From assembly GCF_009914755.1 (NCBI RefSeq), contig NC_060927.1: a stretch of 64,000 nucleotides of DNA. One strand, written 5' to 3'. The translations under genes and the position numbers were made by a program. Below the pieces are notes generated by a model. It searched no databases. It saw nothing but the letters and a program-made list of their open reading frames with translations, and was not told where the DNA came from. Below, in pieces: positions 41,322 to 55,050 of the stretch (positions are counted from its first letter, which is position 1; the number at the start of each line of letters is the position of its first letter). Source of the stretch: the human T2T-CHM13v2.0 reference genome, Homo sapiens.

Positions 41322-44300
41322 ATGATGATAGGATCAAATCCACACATATCAATACTAACCTTAAATGTAAATGGGCTAAGTGCTCCAATTAAAAGACACA
41401 GAGTGGCAAACTGGATAAAGAACCAAGACCCATTGGTATGCTGTCTTCAAGTGCCCCATCTCACATGCAATGACACATGTAGGCTCAAAATAAAGGGATG
41501 GAGAAAAATCTACCAAGAAAATGGAAAACAGAAAAAAGTAGAGGTTGCAATCTTAGTTTCCGACAAAACAGACTTTAAACCGACAAAGACAAAGAAGGGC
41601 ATTACATAATGGCAAAGGGTTCAATTCAATAAAAATATCTGTCTATCCTAAATATACATGCACCCAACACAGGAGCACCTAGATTGATAAAGCAAGCTCT
41701 TAGAGACCTTCAAAAAGACAGACTCACACACAATAATAGTGAGATACTTCAGCACTTCACTGAAAATATTAGGGTGATCATCAAGACAGAAAATTAATAA
41801 AGATATTCAGAACCTGAACTCAGCACTTGATCAAATGGACCTGATAGATATTTGCAGAACTATCCATCCAAAAAGAGCAGAATATACATTCTTCTCATTG
41901 CCACATGGCATTTACTCTGAAATTGATTACAAAAATGGAAGTAAAACACTCCTAGGCAAATGCAAAATAACTATAATCATAATAATCTCTCAGACCACAG
42001 CACAATCAAATTAGAACTCAAGACTAAGAAATTCACTTCAAAACCATATAAAATTACATAAAAATTGAATAACCTACACCTGAATGACTTTTGGGTAAAT
42101 AACAAAATTAAGGCAGAAATCAAGGAGTTATTTGAATCTAATAAGAACAAAAATACAATGTACTAGAATCTCTGGAACACAGCTAAGGTAGTGTTAAGAG
42201 GGAAATTTATAGCACTAACTGCCCACATTGAAAAGGTAGAAAGATCTCAAGTTAACAACCTAACATCAAAACTAAAAGAACTACAGAAGCAAGAACAAAC
42301 AAATCCCAAAGATAGCAGAAGACAAGTAATAACCAAAATCAGAGCTAAACTGCAGGAGAAAGAGACACTAAAAACCATTAAAAGATCAATAAATCGAGGA
42401 GTTGGTTTTTTGAAAAAATTTAATAAAATAGACAGCCAGCTAGACTAATAAAGAAGAAAAGATAGAAGATTCAAATAAACACAATCAGAAAAATAAGGGG
42501 AATATTACCACTGATCTCACAGAAATATAAACAACTATCAGATAATATTATAAACAACTTTATGAACATAAACTAGAAAATGTAGAAGATATGGATAAAT
42601 TCCTGGACACATACACTCTCCCGAGACTGAACCAGGAAGAAATTGAATCCCTGAACAGACCAATAATGAGTTCTGAAATTGAGGCAGTAATAAATAGCCT
42701 ACCAACCAAAAAAAGCCCTGGACCAGATGGATTCACAGCTGAATTCTACAAGTTGTACAAGGAAAAAGCTGGTACCATTCCTACTGAAATGATTTAAAAA
42801 AAATCTTTTTTAAAGGAGGGACTTCTTCCTAACTTACTCTATGGAGCCAGCATCATCCTGATACCAAACCCTGGTAAAGAGAAAATGAAAGGAGAAAACT
42901 TCCGGCCAATATCCTTGATGAACATTGATGCAAAAATGCTCAACAAAATACTGGCAAACCAACTCCAGCAGCACATCAAAAAGCTTATACACTGCATTCA
43001 AGTAGGCTTCATCCCCAGATGCAAGGATGGTTCAATGTATGCAAATCAATAAATGTGATTCATCACATAAGCAGAACTAAAGACAAAAACCATATGATTA
43101 TCCTAATAGAGGCATAAAAGGCCTTTGATAAAATTCAACATCACTTCATGTTAAAAACTCTTAATAAGCTAGGTACTGAAGGAACATATCTCAAAATAGT
43201 AAGACCCATACATTACAAACCCATAGCCAACATCATAATGAATAGTCAAAAGCTGGAAGCATTCCCCCTGAAAACTGGCACAATACAAGGAAGCCCTCTT
43301 TCACCACTCCTATTCAACATAGTATTGGAAGCTCTGGTCAAAGAAATCAGGCAAGACAAAGAAATAAAGGCATTCAAATAGGAAAAGAGGAAGCCAAACT
43401 ATCCTGTTTGCAGGTGATATGATCCTATATCCAGAAAACCCCATTGTCTCAGCCCCAAAGCATTTTAAGCTGACAGACAACTTCAGCAGTCTCAGCATAC
43501 AAAATCGACCTGCCAAAATCACTAGCATTTCTATACACTAAAAAGAGTCAAGCCAAGAGCCAAATCATGAACAAACTCCCATTCAGAATTGCAACAAAAA
43601 GCATAAAATACATAGGAATATAGCTAACTAGGGAGGTGAAAGATCTCTACAAGGAGAACTACAAACCACTGCTCAAAGAAAGCAGACATGACACAAACAA
43701 GTGGAAAAACATTCCATGCTCATGAACAGGAAGAATCAATATTGTTAAAATGGCCATACTGCCCAAAGCAACTTACAGATTCAATGCTATTCCCATTAAA
43801 CCACCATTGTCATTCTCACAGGACTAGAAAAATAACTATTTTAAAAAGTGTATGGAACAAAAAATGAGCCTGAATGGCCAAGGCAATGCTAAGCAAAAAA
43901 ACAAAGGTTGAGGCATCATGCTCTGACTTCAAACTATACTACACTGTTATGGTAACCAAAACAGCATGGTATTGGTACAAGAACAGATACGTGGACCAAT
44001 GGAACAGCATAGAGAACCCAGAAGTAAGATTGCACACCTACAACTATCTGACCTTTGACAGACCTGACAAAAACAAGCAATGAGGAAAGGATTTTCTATT
44101 CAATAAATGGTACTTGGATAACTGGCTAGCCATATGCAGAAGACTAAAACTGGACCCCTTCCTTAAATCATATGCAAAAATGAATTCAAGATGGGTTAAG
44201 AATTAAATGTAAAACCCAAAACTATAAAAACCCTGGAAGACAACCAAAGCAATACCATTCAGGACATAGGTACAGGCAAAGATTTCATGAGAAAGCCACC

Positions 44301-45469
44301 AAAAGCAATTGCAACAAAAGCAAAAATTGATAAATGGGATCTAATTAAATGAGTTTCTTCACAGTAGAAGAAGCTATCTACAGAGTAAAAGACAACCTAA
44401 AGAGTGGGAGAAAAGTTTTGCAACCTATACATCTGACAAAGGTCTAATATCCAGCATCTATAAGGCTCTTAAATAAATATGCATGAAAACAAACCCCATA
44501 AAAAAGTGGCAAAGGACATAAATAGACACTTTCAAAAGAAGACATACATGCAAGCAGTCAACAATCATGTGAAAAAAAGCTTATCATCACTGACCATTAG
44601 AGAAATGCAAATCAAAACCGCAATGAGACACTTCTAACACCAGTCAGAATGGTTACTGTTAAAACGTCAAAAAATAACAGATGGTGGTCAGGTTGTAGAG
44701 AAAAAGGAACAGTTATACACTGTTGTTGGGAGTGTAAATTAGTTCAGCCATTGTGGAAGATAGCATGGCAATTCCTCAAAGACCTAAAGACAGAAATACC
44801 ATTTGACCCAGAAATTACTGGGTATATACCAAAATAAATATTAATCATTCTATTATAAAGACACATGCACACATATGTTCATTGCAGCACTATCCACAAT
44901 AGCAAAGGCATGCAATCAATCTAAAAGTCCATCAATGATAGACTGGATAAAGAAAATGTGGTATATACACACCATGGAATACTATGTAGGCAAAAAAAGA
45001 ACTAAATCATGTCCTTTGCAAGGACATGGATGGAGCTAAAAGCCATTATTCTTAGCAAACTGATATAGTTTGGCTCTGTGTCCCCAACCAAATCTCATCT
45101 TGTAATTTCCATGTGTTATGGGAGGGAACTGGTGGGAGATGATTGAATTATTGAATTCCGGGGGCGGGTCTTTCCTGTGCTGTGATAGTGAATGGGTCTC
45201 ATGAGATCTGATGGTTTTAAAAATGGGAGTTTCCCTGCACAAGCTTCTGTTCCTTGTGGCTGCCATGTAAGAAGTACCTTTTGCCTTCAGCCATGATTGT
45301 GAGGCCTCCCCAGCCACATGGAGCTGTGAGTCCAATAAACTTATTTCTTTTGTAAATTGCCCAGTCTCGGGTATGTCTTTATCAGCAGTATGAAAACAAA
45401 CTAATACACAAACTAACACAGAAACAGAAAACCAAATACTGCACGTTCTCACTTGAAAGTGGGAGCTAA
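41322..45469 (+). pseudogene. L1 ORF2 (endonuclease / reverse transcriptase), disrupted
   Basis: MMIGSNPHISILTLNVNGL (EN), [29 protein letters not shown]; catalytic FADD reads FAGD at 43407-43418; many stops; THE1B inserted near the C-terminus. Confidence 0.95.
45061..45408 (+). mobile_element. THE1B solo LTR (MaLR)
   Basis: TG...CA termini tgatatagtttggct...ctaataca; perfect 5-bp TSD caaac (45056-45060, 45409-45413). Confidence 0.95.
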
Positions 45470-45894
45470 ATGATGAGAACAAATGGACACACAGAGGGGA
45501 ACAACACACACTGGGGACTTTTGGAGGGTGGAGGGTGGGAGGAGGGATAGGATCAGGAGAAATACTTAATGGGTACTAGACTTAGTACCTAGATGATGAA
45601 ACAATCTGTACAACAAACCTCCATGACACAAGTTTATCTATGTAACAAACCTACACTTGTATCCCTAAACTTAAAATAAAGATTAAACAAAGAAAGGAAA
45701 CTGGTCCCTACTGGGGAAGCTATTAGGATTGGATATTTGAGTAAAGGAATTTATGTAAAATGGATTTCCACATTTACAATTCATAATTTGCATAGTATGA
45801 ATTATACCCAATAAGAATATATGCATTCATCACATTGTGTAATATTGTGACATTTGAAAATAATTTTAGACACATAAAGAAAGAAAAATAAAGT

Positions 45895-46021
45895 AAAAGA
45901 GGAAGGAAGGAAGGAAAGAAGGGGGGAGGGAGAGAGGAATGAAGGGAAGGAGAGAGGAAGGAAGGAAGGGAAGGAGAAAGGAAGGAAGGGAGGGAGAGAG
46001 GAAGGAAGGAAGGGAAAGAAA
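45895..46021. repeat. GA-rich (GGAA/GGGA)n low-complexity tract
   Basis: 127 nt with a single pyrimidine (45940). Confidence 0.92.
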
Positions 46022-46035
46022 TAAAGGAAAAAAAT

Positions 46036-46220
46036 GTGGGTTACAGAGTCAGATAACACTGGGATTTATACTAACCCTATTACTTATTAGCTCTGTATAT
46101 TTGAATAAGTTAATTAAGTTTTCCCGCCAAAGTTTTCTTATCTATAGGACAGAGATTAAAATAGGTACCTTACCATGTTGTTATAAGGATTAAAGATAAT
46201 GTATGTAAAGCACCTGGAAT
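46036..46220 (+). mobile_element. MIR SINE
   Basis: gagtcaga...ctgggattt...ttgttataaggattaaagataatgtatgtaaagcacctgg. Confidence 0.75.
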
Positions 46221-46852
46221 ATATTCAAAACTTAATAAAGTGCAATTGTTATATGAAGAAGATAGATGAGATAATCTTGGTTTTACTTTATGGATCAATG
46301 AAATGGATTCTTATTAGAATCCTTTATTACTGATACAACTTCTACTCCTCCTTCCCATCTCCCCAGTTAAAAAAGAAATTAGAGAACTGGAAAGAAGACT
46401 AAAAGGCAGTAATAGAATAGATGCTATTTCATTCTTCTTGTAGCTACAAAGCCTTCTCTGGTAGCTCTCTATATGTACTGCATGTAATAGAGAATGTGTA
46501 AAAGCTTTCAGGGTATTTGTTCTGAGAAAACTGCAGCCTAAAAAGCAGCAGATGGAAGAAGTAATGAAAGGATGTCTACAGACATTAGATAGTCTAGGAT
46601 GCTTCCTAGAGGCAGATTTCAACATCCCATTGCACAATTCCATTCCTCCTCCTCATATCGCTTTCTGCCTTCTTTCCCCACTTCCCTTTGGAGATGAACT
46701 TGGCATGAAAGGAGAGAGGCTGTGATTTCAGGCAGCTGGTGGTGCAATGAGTCTCAGCCAAACCATCAAGATCAAACTGTGTAAAATCCCTTTCAATCTT
46801 TGAGGCAGTCCTGGCAGGAGAAGCAAATGCAGCACAACTGACAGCAAAGTGA

Positions 46853-47270
<418 letters not shown>

Positions 47271-47694
47271 TTTATTTGGGTTTTAAAAAACCAACAAATG
47301 AAAATGGTTCAGAGATCTACTTAAGAAATGGAGATAATCCAGGTATATATATGGTGATTCACCTCTGCCACTCTTCTTGGTTAGGATTCCCGTTTGGGAT
47401 TAAGATACATTATTAATCAAGTCTCTTATGATTTCTACTTACTTGGGGTCAGCCCTAGCTCATCTAGTATGTAAAGAAAAACACCCTGCTTCCTCTGGAC
47501 AGTTGAGCCTCCGCTATGGAGCATGGCTGTGCAAGCAGAATAAGGGCTGGCTTTCAGCTCCACTTGCCCCTTTGGTCTGGCATCCTTGTTCAGTGAACAA
47601 CTTGCACACTTATGTGTGGTAACCTTGCTCCCAAATATCAATTGACCTAGAACACATACCATGTTTCATGTAAGTAATTTGAGTCGTTCTCAAA

Positions 47695-47791
47695 TTACTT
47701 ACAGAAGGTCACACAGATAGTAACAGAGCCAAGATTTGAACCTAGGTTTGCATGGCTCGGGACCCCAATCCTTAACACTACACTCTACTCC
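47695..47791 (-). mobile_element. MIR fragment
   Basis: aaggtcacacag...agagccaagatttgaacctagg...cttaacactacac. Confidence 0.7.
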
Positions 47792-48729
47792 CTTTGTAAT
47801 AACAAGGTATAATTAAAATTCAAGCAATTTAAGGTAAAATAATAAAAATGTCAGTTACATATCTGAATAAGGAGAAAACACCTCTCTCTAAATCTCATTA
47901 TGAACTCTTTTGAATTGCCAAAATAAAGGTCATCATTGTAAGTAATCATAACACATTGACATCTTACAGAGACTAAAAGGAATTCATAGAGCCTGCCTAG
48001 TGATGGACAGTGATTACAGTTTACGCTAGTTTCTAATGCAGGATTCAAATAGCTTTTTTTCTGCCATCATTGAGAAACTCAGTTGAATTGATCTTTAGTC
48101 CCTGAGTTAAGTACTTCTGTATGTCATCATCTTGGCCCCTGCATTGATTAAGACAGATATAAATCCTCCATGTGAGCTGTGTCTTAACTCTAGATCCAGG
48201 AAGGACAATGAGAGTACAAAATGAGCCGCTTGAATTGCAGAAATTTTTTTTTTACACCTTACCTCTTCATCACAACTAATTCTGACACTGAATTATTAAA
48301 TAAGCTTTGAGGATATGAAGAAACGAGCCTCGGAAATTTTTTTTACATCCTAATTTCCAACCCAAGATCAAAGAAGCTTACTCAGCCAGAAAATAGTCAG
48401 ATTGCTGGGACTATGTTTTAAAGTAATTCTCCATCTGGTCTGCTTTTGAAGGAGCAGTGAATTAATCACATGGAAGTGTAAGTTAACAGGAAGTATAAAG
48501 CTATCCACAAACAAACAAATAAATGAACACGCAAAACAAAAAAATCCACTTTATACACAAAATAGAAAGCAAAAGAATGGAGGTAACTGTAAGCAACTCC
48601 GTACCCTAAAACATCTTTTTTACATAAAATGGAAAATTTTAGAAAATGGAGTTTACCTTTTCTCGTGAAAATAGAGAATGATGTTTGCCAAATATTGTCA
48701 GTTCTCTACCCACTTGATATGTGACAAGA

Positions 48730-48960
48730 TTGTACTTTCATTCTTGTGTAGTTGGGTAGATCCAGGTAACTAAATTGCACCAATGAAATCTGCTCAGAAG
48801 TGATCTGTGTTATTTGGGGGCTGAGCATTTAATTGAGTATGACTGAACTTGCAAAGCTCACATTTTACTCTAGCAAAGGACTGGCAATAACGTTTTCAAT
48901 ACTGGCTGATTCATCACTCTGAGTCCCTGTGTGGCTATAATGAGTAGGCCCTTACGGCCA
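48730..48960 (+). mobile_element. Old MaLR LTR fragment (MLT1I/J-like)
   Basis: ccaatgaaat...cagaagtga...gagcatttaattg...tgagtccctgtgtg. Confidence 0.5.
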
Positions 48961-51900
48961 ACCCAAGATATTTAAGCACTAAAATATATGTTACTATAAC
49001 TTTTACTGATAATATCTTTAATGAGTACTGTGCACACAAATCTAGTGCTGGCCAGATACAAAGATAAATATGTTGTAGTCTGGATTGCCAAGGCTGCTGG
49101 ATATACCTTAAACTTTAGACCACTGACTTCAAATGCAAGGTTAAGTGGCTCCTATATTCATGGCATAATGTCACAGTTATTCAATGTAATTCTACTTTTA
49201 TGTTTAAAAAATGTGAATGAATACATTACATAATGGAAGGAAATGCGCTAAAATTTAAATATGGACTTTACCGGGAAGTGACTTTTACTTTCTTCTACAT
49301 TTGTTTTACCAGTTTTCTGTAATATTTATAAAAGCATGAATTACTTTTGTGATAAAAATTAAATTTTGGCTACACAAAAAGTAAACTTAAAAAAAGTTGA
49401 TATCAGTTCTATTTTTTAGAATTTATGTAATTTTACTGAAGTATATAGATGTAGTATAATTCTCATTCCGGATTGTAGGACTAATCTTTCTAAACAAATC
49501 AGTCATATATAACATACTTTTTTAGTATCAACCTCACCCTATCCCATCTAGCTGCCAAAAGTGTTTTGTATTTCATTGTTTCAAAAGTGTTCTGGTGAGC
49601 AAAATCATGTACATGGAATACCTCACCAAACTCTGTCTTAGCAAGGCTGATTTCTTTCAGGTATGCTGCACAAATACACTTTTATGGCTCTTCACTTCAT
49701 GCAGTCATCTTCAAGGACTTAGTATTTACTATGACCTCTTTCTCCTGTAAATATGGAAAATCCACTTCAGTTCCCACTGTCATTTTCAGTGATTTTAATA
49801 AATTACAAAAGTCTTATAAGACTCTTCCACCCATATCTTCCCCCAGTTCCCCACACTTTGCATTTCCTATTGCCTCTGGGCCTGAAGTTTCATTCATTTG
49901 AAAACTATTCTTGGAAAGATCTCCCCTCCTCCAGCTGTTAATCTGTCATTAAGGGACCATAAGTAATTCAGATATACTACACTATTATGCAACCTCAACA
50001 GAGTGGGAAAAATCATTTGCTTCACTGTCAATGTAAAAACTTTTATCTTCTTTGACAGTTTTATTTAGAAAACCTCAGCTTTATTTTAATTTGATTCTAA
50101 TGATGGCTTTCAGAAAATGATTTGAGTAAGTAAAAGTTTAGTGCAATGACAGCTGTCATGATTTCTGTGGTGCTTTCTCTCAAGGAGTATTTATTGAAAA
50201 GATGCATTTGAAATACAATGCATCATTTTTGGCACAGTGGATGGAAGTTAATTATTCAGAGCTGGTAATGTGGTAGTATTTACTCAGTGGGGAATTTAAG
50301 TAAGAAAGGTCCATTTGTTTTATCTTCTCTCATTCCTAGCCAATGCTTCCTTGAGCAAAACTGAGATTCACAGAAATCCCCATGGCATTTGAACGTACAG
50401 TAATTGCTGTTGATTGTCCTTACAAGGTAAAATGGCCATCACATTTTCTAATAATAAAAATGATGACTTGAAATTAATTCAGAGTGCAGTGGGTAATGAA
50501 TGGATTTTTTTAGTTCAGTTTTTATGTGGGCTGCTGTGTGGAAATGAAGGGTAGAGGTATTTATAACAATCTGAAGCTGCTTTATTTTGGAAGTATATTA
50601 ATGGAATTAAGCATAATTATGACTCTCACTAAATTTTCAAACTTATTTTCATGTAGTGGGGAATACTAACCACATATGACCTTGTAAGTCTGTAATGAAT
50701 TTATCCTTGGTTGGTGGTGGTTAAGACACAGAGACCCAAGTCTTCATTCCAAAAATAATTTTGTAATACTTCCAAATAAGAAGTATTTAAATCAGCTTTC
50801 CACAAAGCCCAAATAATGGACTAACTCAACAATGGCAGTTCATGTAGGTATCAGTAATTTTTCTGTAGAATATCTTGCCTTATAGAAATAAGGGCAAAAT
50901 ACTGAGAGCTGAAGAAGCGAAACTATGGATATCTGCATATCTTCAGTCTTAAAAGATGTATATGTAAGCAACCTGAAAAATCCATCACTGTACAACTACT
51001 AAATTAATAACACTTTAAATGATTTTAAGACTGCATTGTGGTTTCAAAGGAACAGCTAGTTAAGGTTAGCTCAGGAATGAACATTTAATATAAAATGTGT
51101 GGTGGATTTTTTTCTCTTAAGGCTTATTTTATTTCAGAATTATAATGATATAAAATGACTAACAAGTAAAATATAAGTCAAAGAGAAACAGTCCTTTGCT
51201 TGCTTTGTTTGGCTGGATGCAGAGAGGGGTGGGAAAGTGCTGCTTTGCAACTCTTGAAGAGAAAGCCTTTCAGAAGAGTGTCTTCAGATATCACAGAAGG
51301 ATTTGTTTCAAATAGTTACTTGCGGCAATGCATTGTCTCTGGGGAAGCTGACATATTCCAATAAGAGATGACACTAAACGTTAGACTTTATATTTTGTGA
51401 TTTTTTTATTAGGAATTAAGTGAAAGGGAGAAAGTTCTTTTCTTTTTTTATTTCTTCTTTTTTCCAGATTGCATCTTTATGCTGTTTCTCAGCCTTCACT
51501 GATGAAAAAACACATTAGTAAGAGGATTATGTTTACCATTCTACCCTAATTAATTTAAATGGAAAAGTTCAAACTAAGCAATGAAGCTTTTCTAAATCTG
51601 AAAATGTTCCCAATCTAAAGATCCAGAGGCCCAAATATATAAGCTCTGTCTGCATAATTTAGGCAGGACGGTAAACACAGCTTTGAGAAATTTTAAGCCA
51701 TGCTTTCTAGACAGCATTAGCTTTTATCCTCACTAGAAGAAATCTTATAATACCTTGCTGAATTGTTCCATTGTGTTTAAACAAAAAACACACAGATTTG
51801 GCAAATGATAAAAAGGACACTAATTTCAAAATATCTAAAAGAAGACAATTCACTACTTAATAGAAAGTTGTACATTGGGCTACCATCTAATTCATGTAGA

Positions 51901-53124
51901 TAAGTATTTTGTTAGTTAACACTTGTCTAAGTTTATTCAAGAAACATCTAATAGGCTGGATGGCATTCCAGAATAGTAATCCTGAAAAACAGGTACTTTG
52001 ATGTCTGCTATAATTCACATGTTTGTTTGTTTAACTGCTTGCATTTAATCTTTTTTTGGTATGTGTTTCTATTTGGCTTGGATATGGGTAACTTATAATT
52101 GTACCATATGTCCCTCCTACACAGGAAAAATAGGCTCTACAAAGTCAGTCCTCTGGACCTCAGTAGCAGACTTTGGATAGAGTGAGAGGGATGAGGGAGA
52201 AACATTCCTTCTCTATGCACAGGCACGGTGATGTTACCCAGCTGGTCCACTCAGACATCACGGACACACACCAGTTCCCCAGCTGGGCATTTCCAGGGTC
52301 AGAGCCAGCAGACATGGAAATAAGAAAGACTTGTTACCTATCCAGTCCTTTGGAACCAATTCTATATTTACATACACAGCAAGGTCAAGCAATCATAATA
52401 TTTTGATTTCTTCTGGGGTATATTTAAATATTACTCAGGTGTCCTAAGAGCCTACTTAAATACTTCCAAATTTTTCAGTCCCATTTGCCTTTGTTTGTAA
52501 TGGTTCAGAATTTGTTTTCAATTAGTTCAGAAGGTGAAAAATCTAGTTTGGAATTTAATCAAGTGTATAGGGACTATTGAGCTACTCACTGCCAACGTAT
52601 ATGTTATTAAAACCACAAACTAAAAGTGCTTGTTGGAAGAGGCATCATTAAATAAAAGTTATTTTTTAATGTTTAAATAAAACTCCTTGGAATAATATCT
52701 TTGAGGCAATGCAGAATCCATTGTAATCTTAACAATTCTCTGCCCAACCGTGAAGGACATTTTCTTTCTTTTACACAATTAGACTAAAATGAAGAAATAT
52801 AATAAGAATTGTTAAGATTTATTTAGCAGACACTATATATACATTACTTAATTTAATTCTAATAATAAGCATATAACACTCCTTTTATCCTTTTATTGTA
52901 GGCCAACAAACTGAGTCTTAAGGAAATGTTTGAATTATAGTCTGCCTGGCTCCAAATCCTGAGCTTTTAAACAATTTACTGCATGAGATTTTATACAAAG
53001 AAATATTCTGCTAAATATCCAAGTCATTCCATCTCTTCCTCCCTCAGCTCTCTCCACGTCTGGTAACAGGTTTAACATTTGTACTTTCTTTTTCAATTTG
53101 CTACTTAAATAGGTAACAATACCA

Positions 53125-53650
53125 TAAGGTGATTAAGATCATGGTGCTTGGAGTTTATTTAAGCCTGAGTTTTAATTCCATCTCCTCCTCTTACAGACTT
53201 TGACCTACGGCAAGTTACTTAATTTTTCTGAGTATCAGCTACATTTATTTATTTATTTATTATTTATTTATTTTTGAGACAGGGTCTCATTTTGTCGCCC
53301 AGGCTGGGAGGCAGTGGTGCAATCACAGCTCATTAGCTACAACTACAGGCACCTGACACCATATCCAGCTACTTTTTTTTGTTTTTTGTAGAGATGGTGT
53401 CTCACTATATTGCCCGTTAGTCTCAAACTCCTGGCCTCAAGAAGTCCTCCTGTCTCAGCCTCCCAAAGTACTGGGATTACAGGTGTGAGCCACCATGCCC
53501 CACCCTAAGCATTAATTTTTTGGTCCATAAAAAGGAAGATGACAATTCTTATCTTCTATGGTTGTTTTCAAGGTTAGTTGAGATAATGTATGCAAAGCAT
53601 TTAGCATAGTGCCTTGTACGTAATAAACCCTGGATAAATGGTAGCCAGTT
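53125..53650 (+). mobile_element. MIR split by an AluJ
   Basis: tgacctacggcaagttacttaa...[Alu]...gagataatgtatgcaaagcatttagcatagtgcc. Confidence 0.75.
53244..53502 (-). mobile_element. AluJ with internal deletion
   Basis: (ttta)n tail, gagacagggtctc, caatcacagctca joined directly to tagctacaactacagg. Confidence 0.88.
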
Positions 53651-54343
53651 TTGTTAATACCATATAATTTAAATATTGCTGTGTGTTATAACTCCAATAA
53701 CACCCTATTTCTATTGTCATCACATTTAATTTGACTCCCATGCCTAGGCTGGAACTCATATCTGTATTCCAAGCCTTCATTTCTCAATGCCAAGAGGTTA
53801 GCTCCAAGTGGCTGGAACAAGCCATGCACATTTAAGATGTGCAGAACTAATCCCAGTAAATCGGAATCAATGACACCCACAGTCCACCCACTAAGGGCAC
53901 AAGTCCTAGCAGTCACTTAAGACTCCTCACTATCTTTAAACCCCACTCATGAGCAGTTACCCTATTCATTCTATCTCCCAATGCTTACTTTATACCATTG
54001 CTACAACTTTGGGTCAGACACCAGACTTCTTTTCTCTGCTCTATTCTTTCCTCTTGACTTGTAATCCTGCCTCTAATCCCAGCTCTGCCAGGAGACAGAG
54101 AACAATTGTATGTATTTAATTCTATCACTCCTTCTTATAATGGCTCTCTAGTCTATCTAGCAGGGACTCCTGTGGACTGCACACATTTCATGGAATGCAC
54201 AAAAGAACTCACTGGAAGTTAAGAAAAAAGCATTAGAATTTTCTTTTTGTTTCATAATTTTATTATTTCTAAAATATTTTCATATATGTCTGTAATGCAT
54301 ATGTTTTATAATGTACCTGATATAGTAGTAAAATAGATACATA

Positions 54344-54776
54344 TGTGGTAGTTAATTTTATGTGTTAAATTTGCCTAGGCTACAGTACCCAAATATTTGG
54401 TCAAATGCATCTGGATGTTACTGTGAAGGTATTTTTTAGATGAGATTAACTTGAAATTCATAGACTTGCATTAAAGCAGATTACCCTCAATAACGTGGGT
54501 AGGCCTCATCTAATCAGTTGAAGTGCATGAGAAAAAGACTGACTTCCTCCGGGACAGAGAACTCTTTGAGCAGACTGCCTTCACAGTCCTGATGTAAAAT
54601 CAACTCTTCCCTCAGTCTCCAGGCTTCTGGGCTGTCCTGTAATTTCAGACTTGCTAGCCTCCACAATCATGTGAGCCAATTCCCTAAAATAAATCTAACT
54701 TGCTCTCTTTCTCACTTTCTTGAATATATGTTCATTCTATTGGTTCTATTTTTCTGGAGAACCCTGGAGTATTACA
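54344..54776 (+). mobile_element. MLT2C/D-like ERVL solo LTR
   Basis: tgtggtagttaattttatgtg...aaagcagattaccctc...ctattggttct...ggagaaccctg...taca; 5-bp TSD acata (54339-54343, 54777-54781). Confidence 0.9.
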
Positions 54777-55050
54777 ACATATTTTACAGAAACACATGTA
54801 ACATGCTCAAAAGATTTTCAAAAAAATTTTAATCTCTGCTCAATAATTTTATGAATGGGTAGCATGTCAAAATAAATCTCATTCGCTCTCTTTCTTACTT
54901 TCTTGAATATATGTTCATTCTATTGGTTCTATTTTTCCGGAGAACCCTGACTATTACAACATATTTTATAGAAATACATGTAACAGGCTCCAAAGGTTTT
55001 CAAAAAAAGTTTAATCTGTGCTCAATAATTTTATGAATAAGTAGCATGTC
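54686..55050. repeat. Tandem duplication, 183 + 182 bp
   Basis: 54686-54868 and 54869-55050 align end to end with scattered mismatches. Confidence 0.95.

Larger units (their letters stand above)
38911..45696 (+). mobile_element. Full-length decayed L1 (L1PA11-14 range), with nested THE1B
   Basis: 5' ggccaagatggctgac, repeated 5' UTR blocks, ORF1/ORF2 remnants, G-rich 3' UTR, aataaa and A-tail; TSD gaaact(t/g)gtccct at 38898-38910 and 45697-45709. Confidence 0.97.

Noticed and set aside
45040-45061. THE1B insertion point lies close to the L1 position where the mini-L1 3' piece begins
   Set aside because: Different elements and mechanisms, about 20 nt apart; most likely coincidence
45036-45509. 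157-aa minus-strand ORF
   Set aside because: Antisense read-through of the L1 3' end and THE1B LTR
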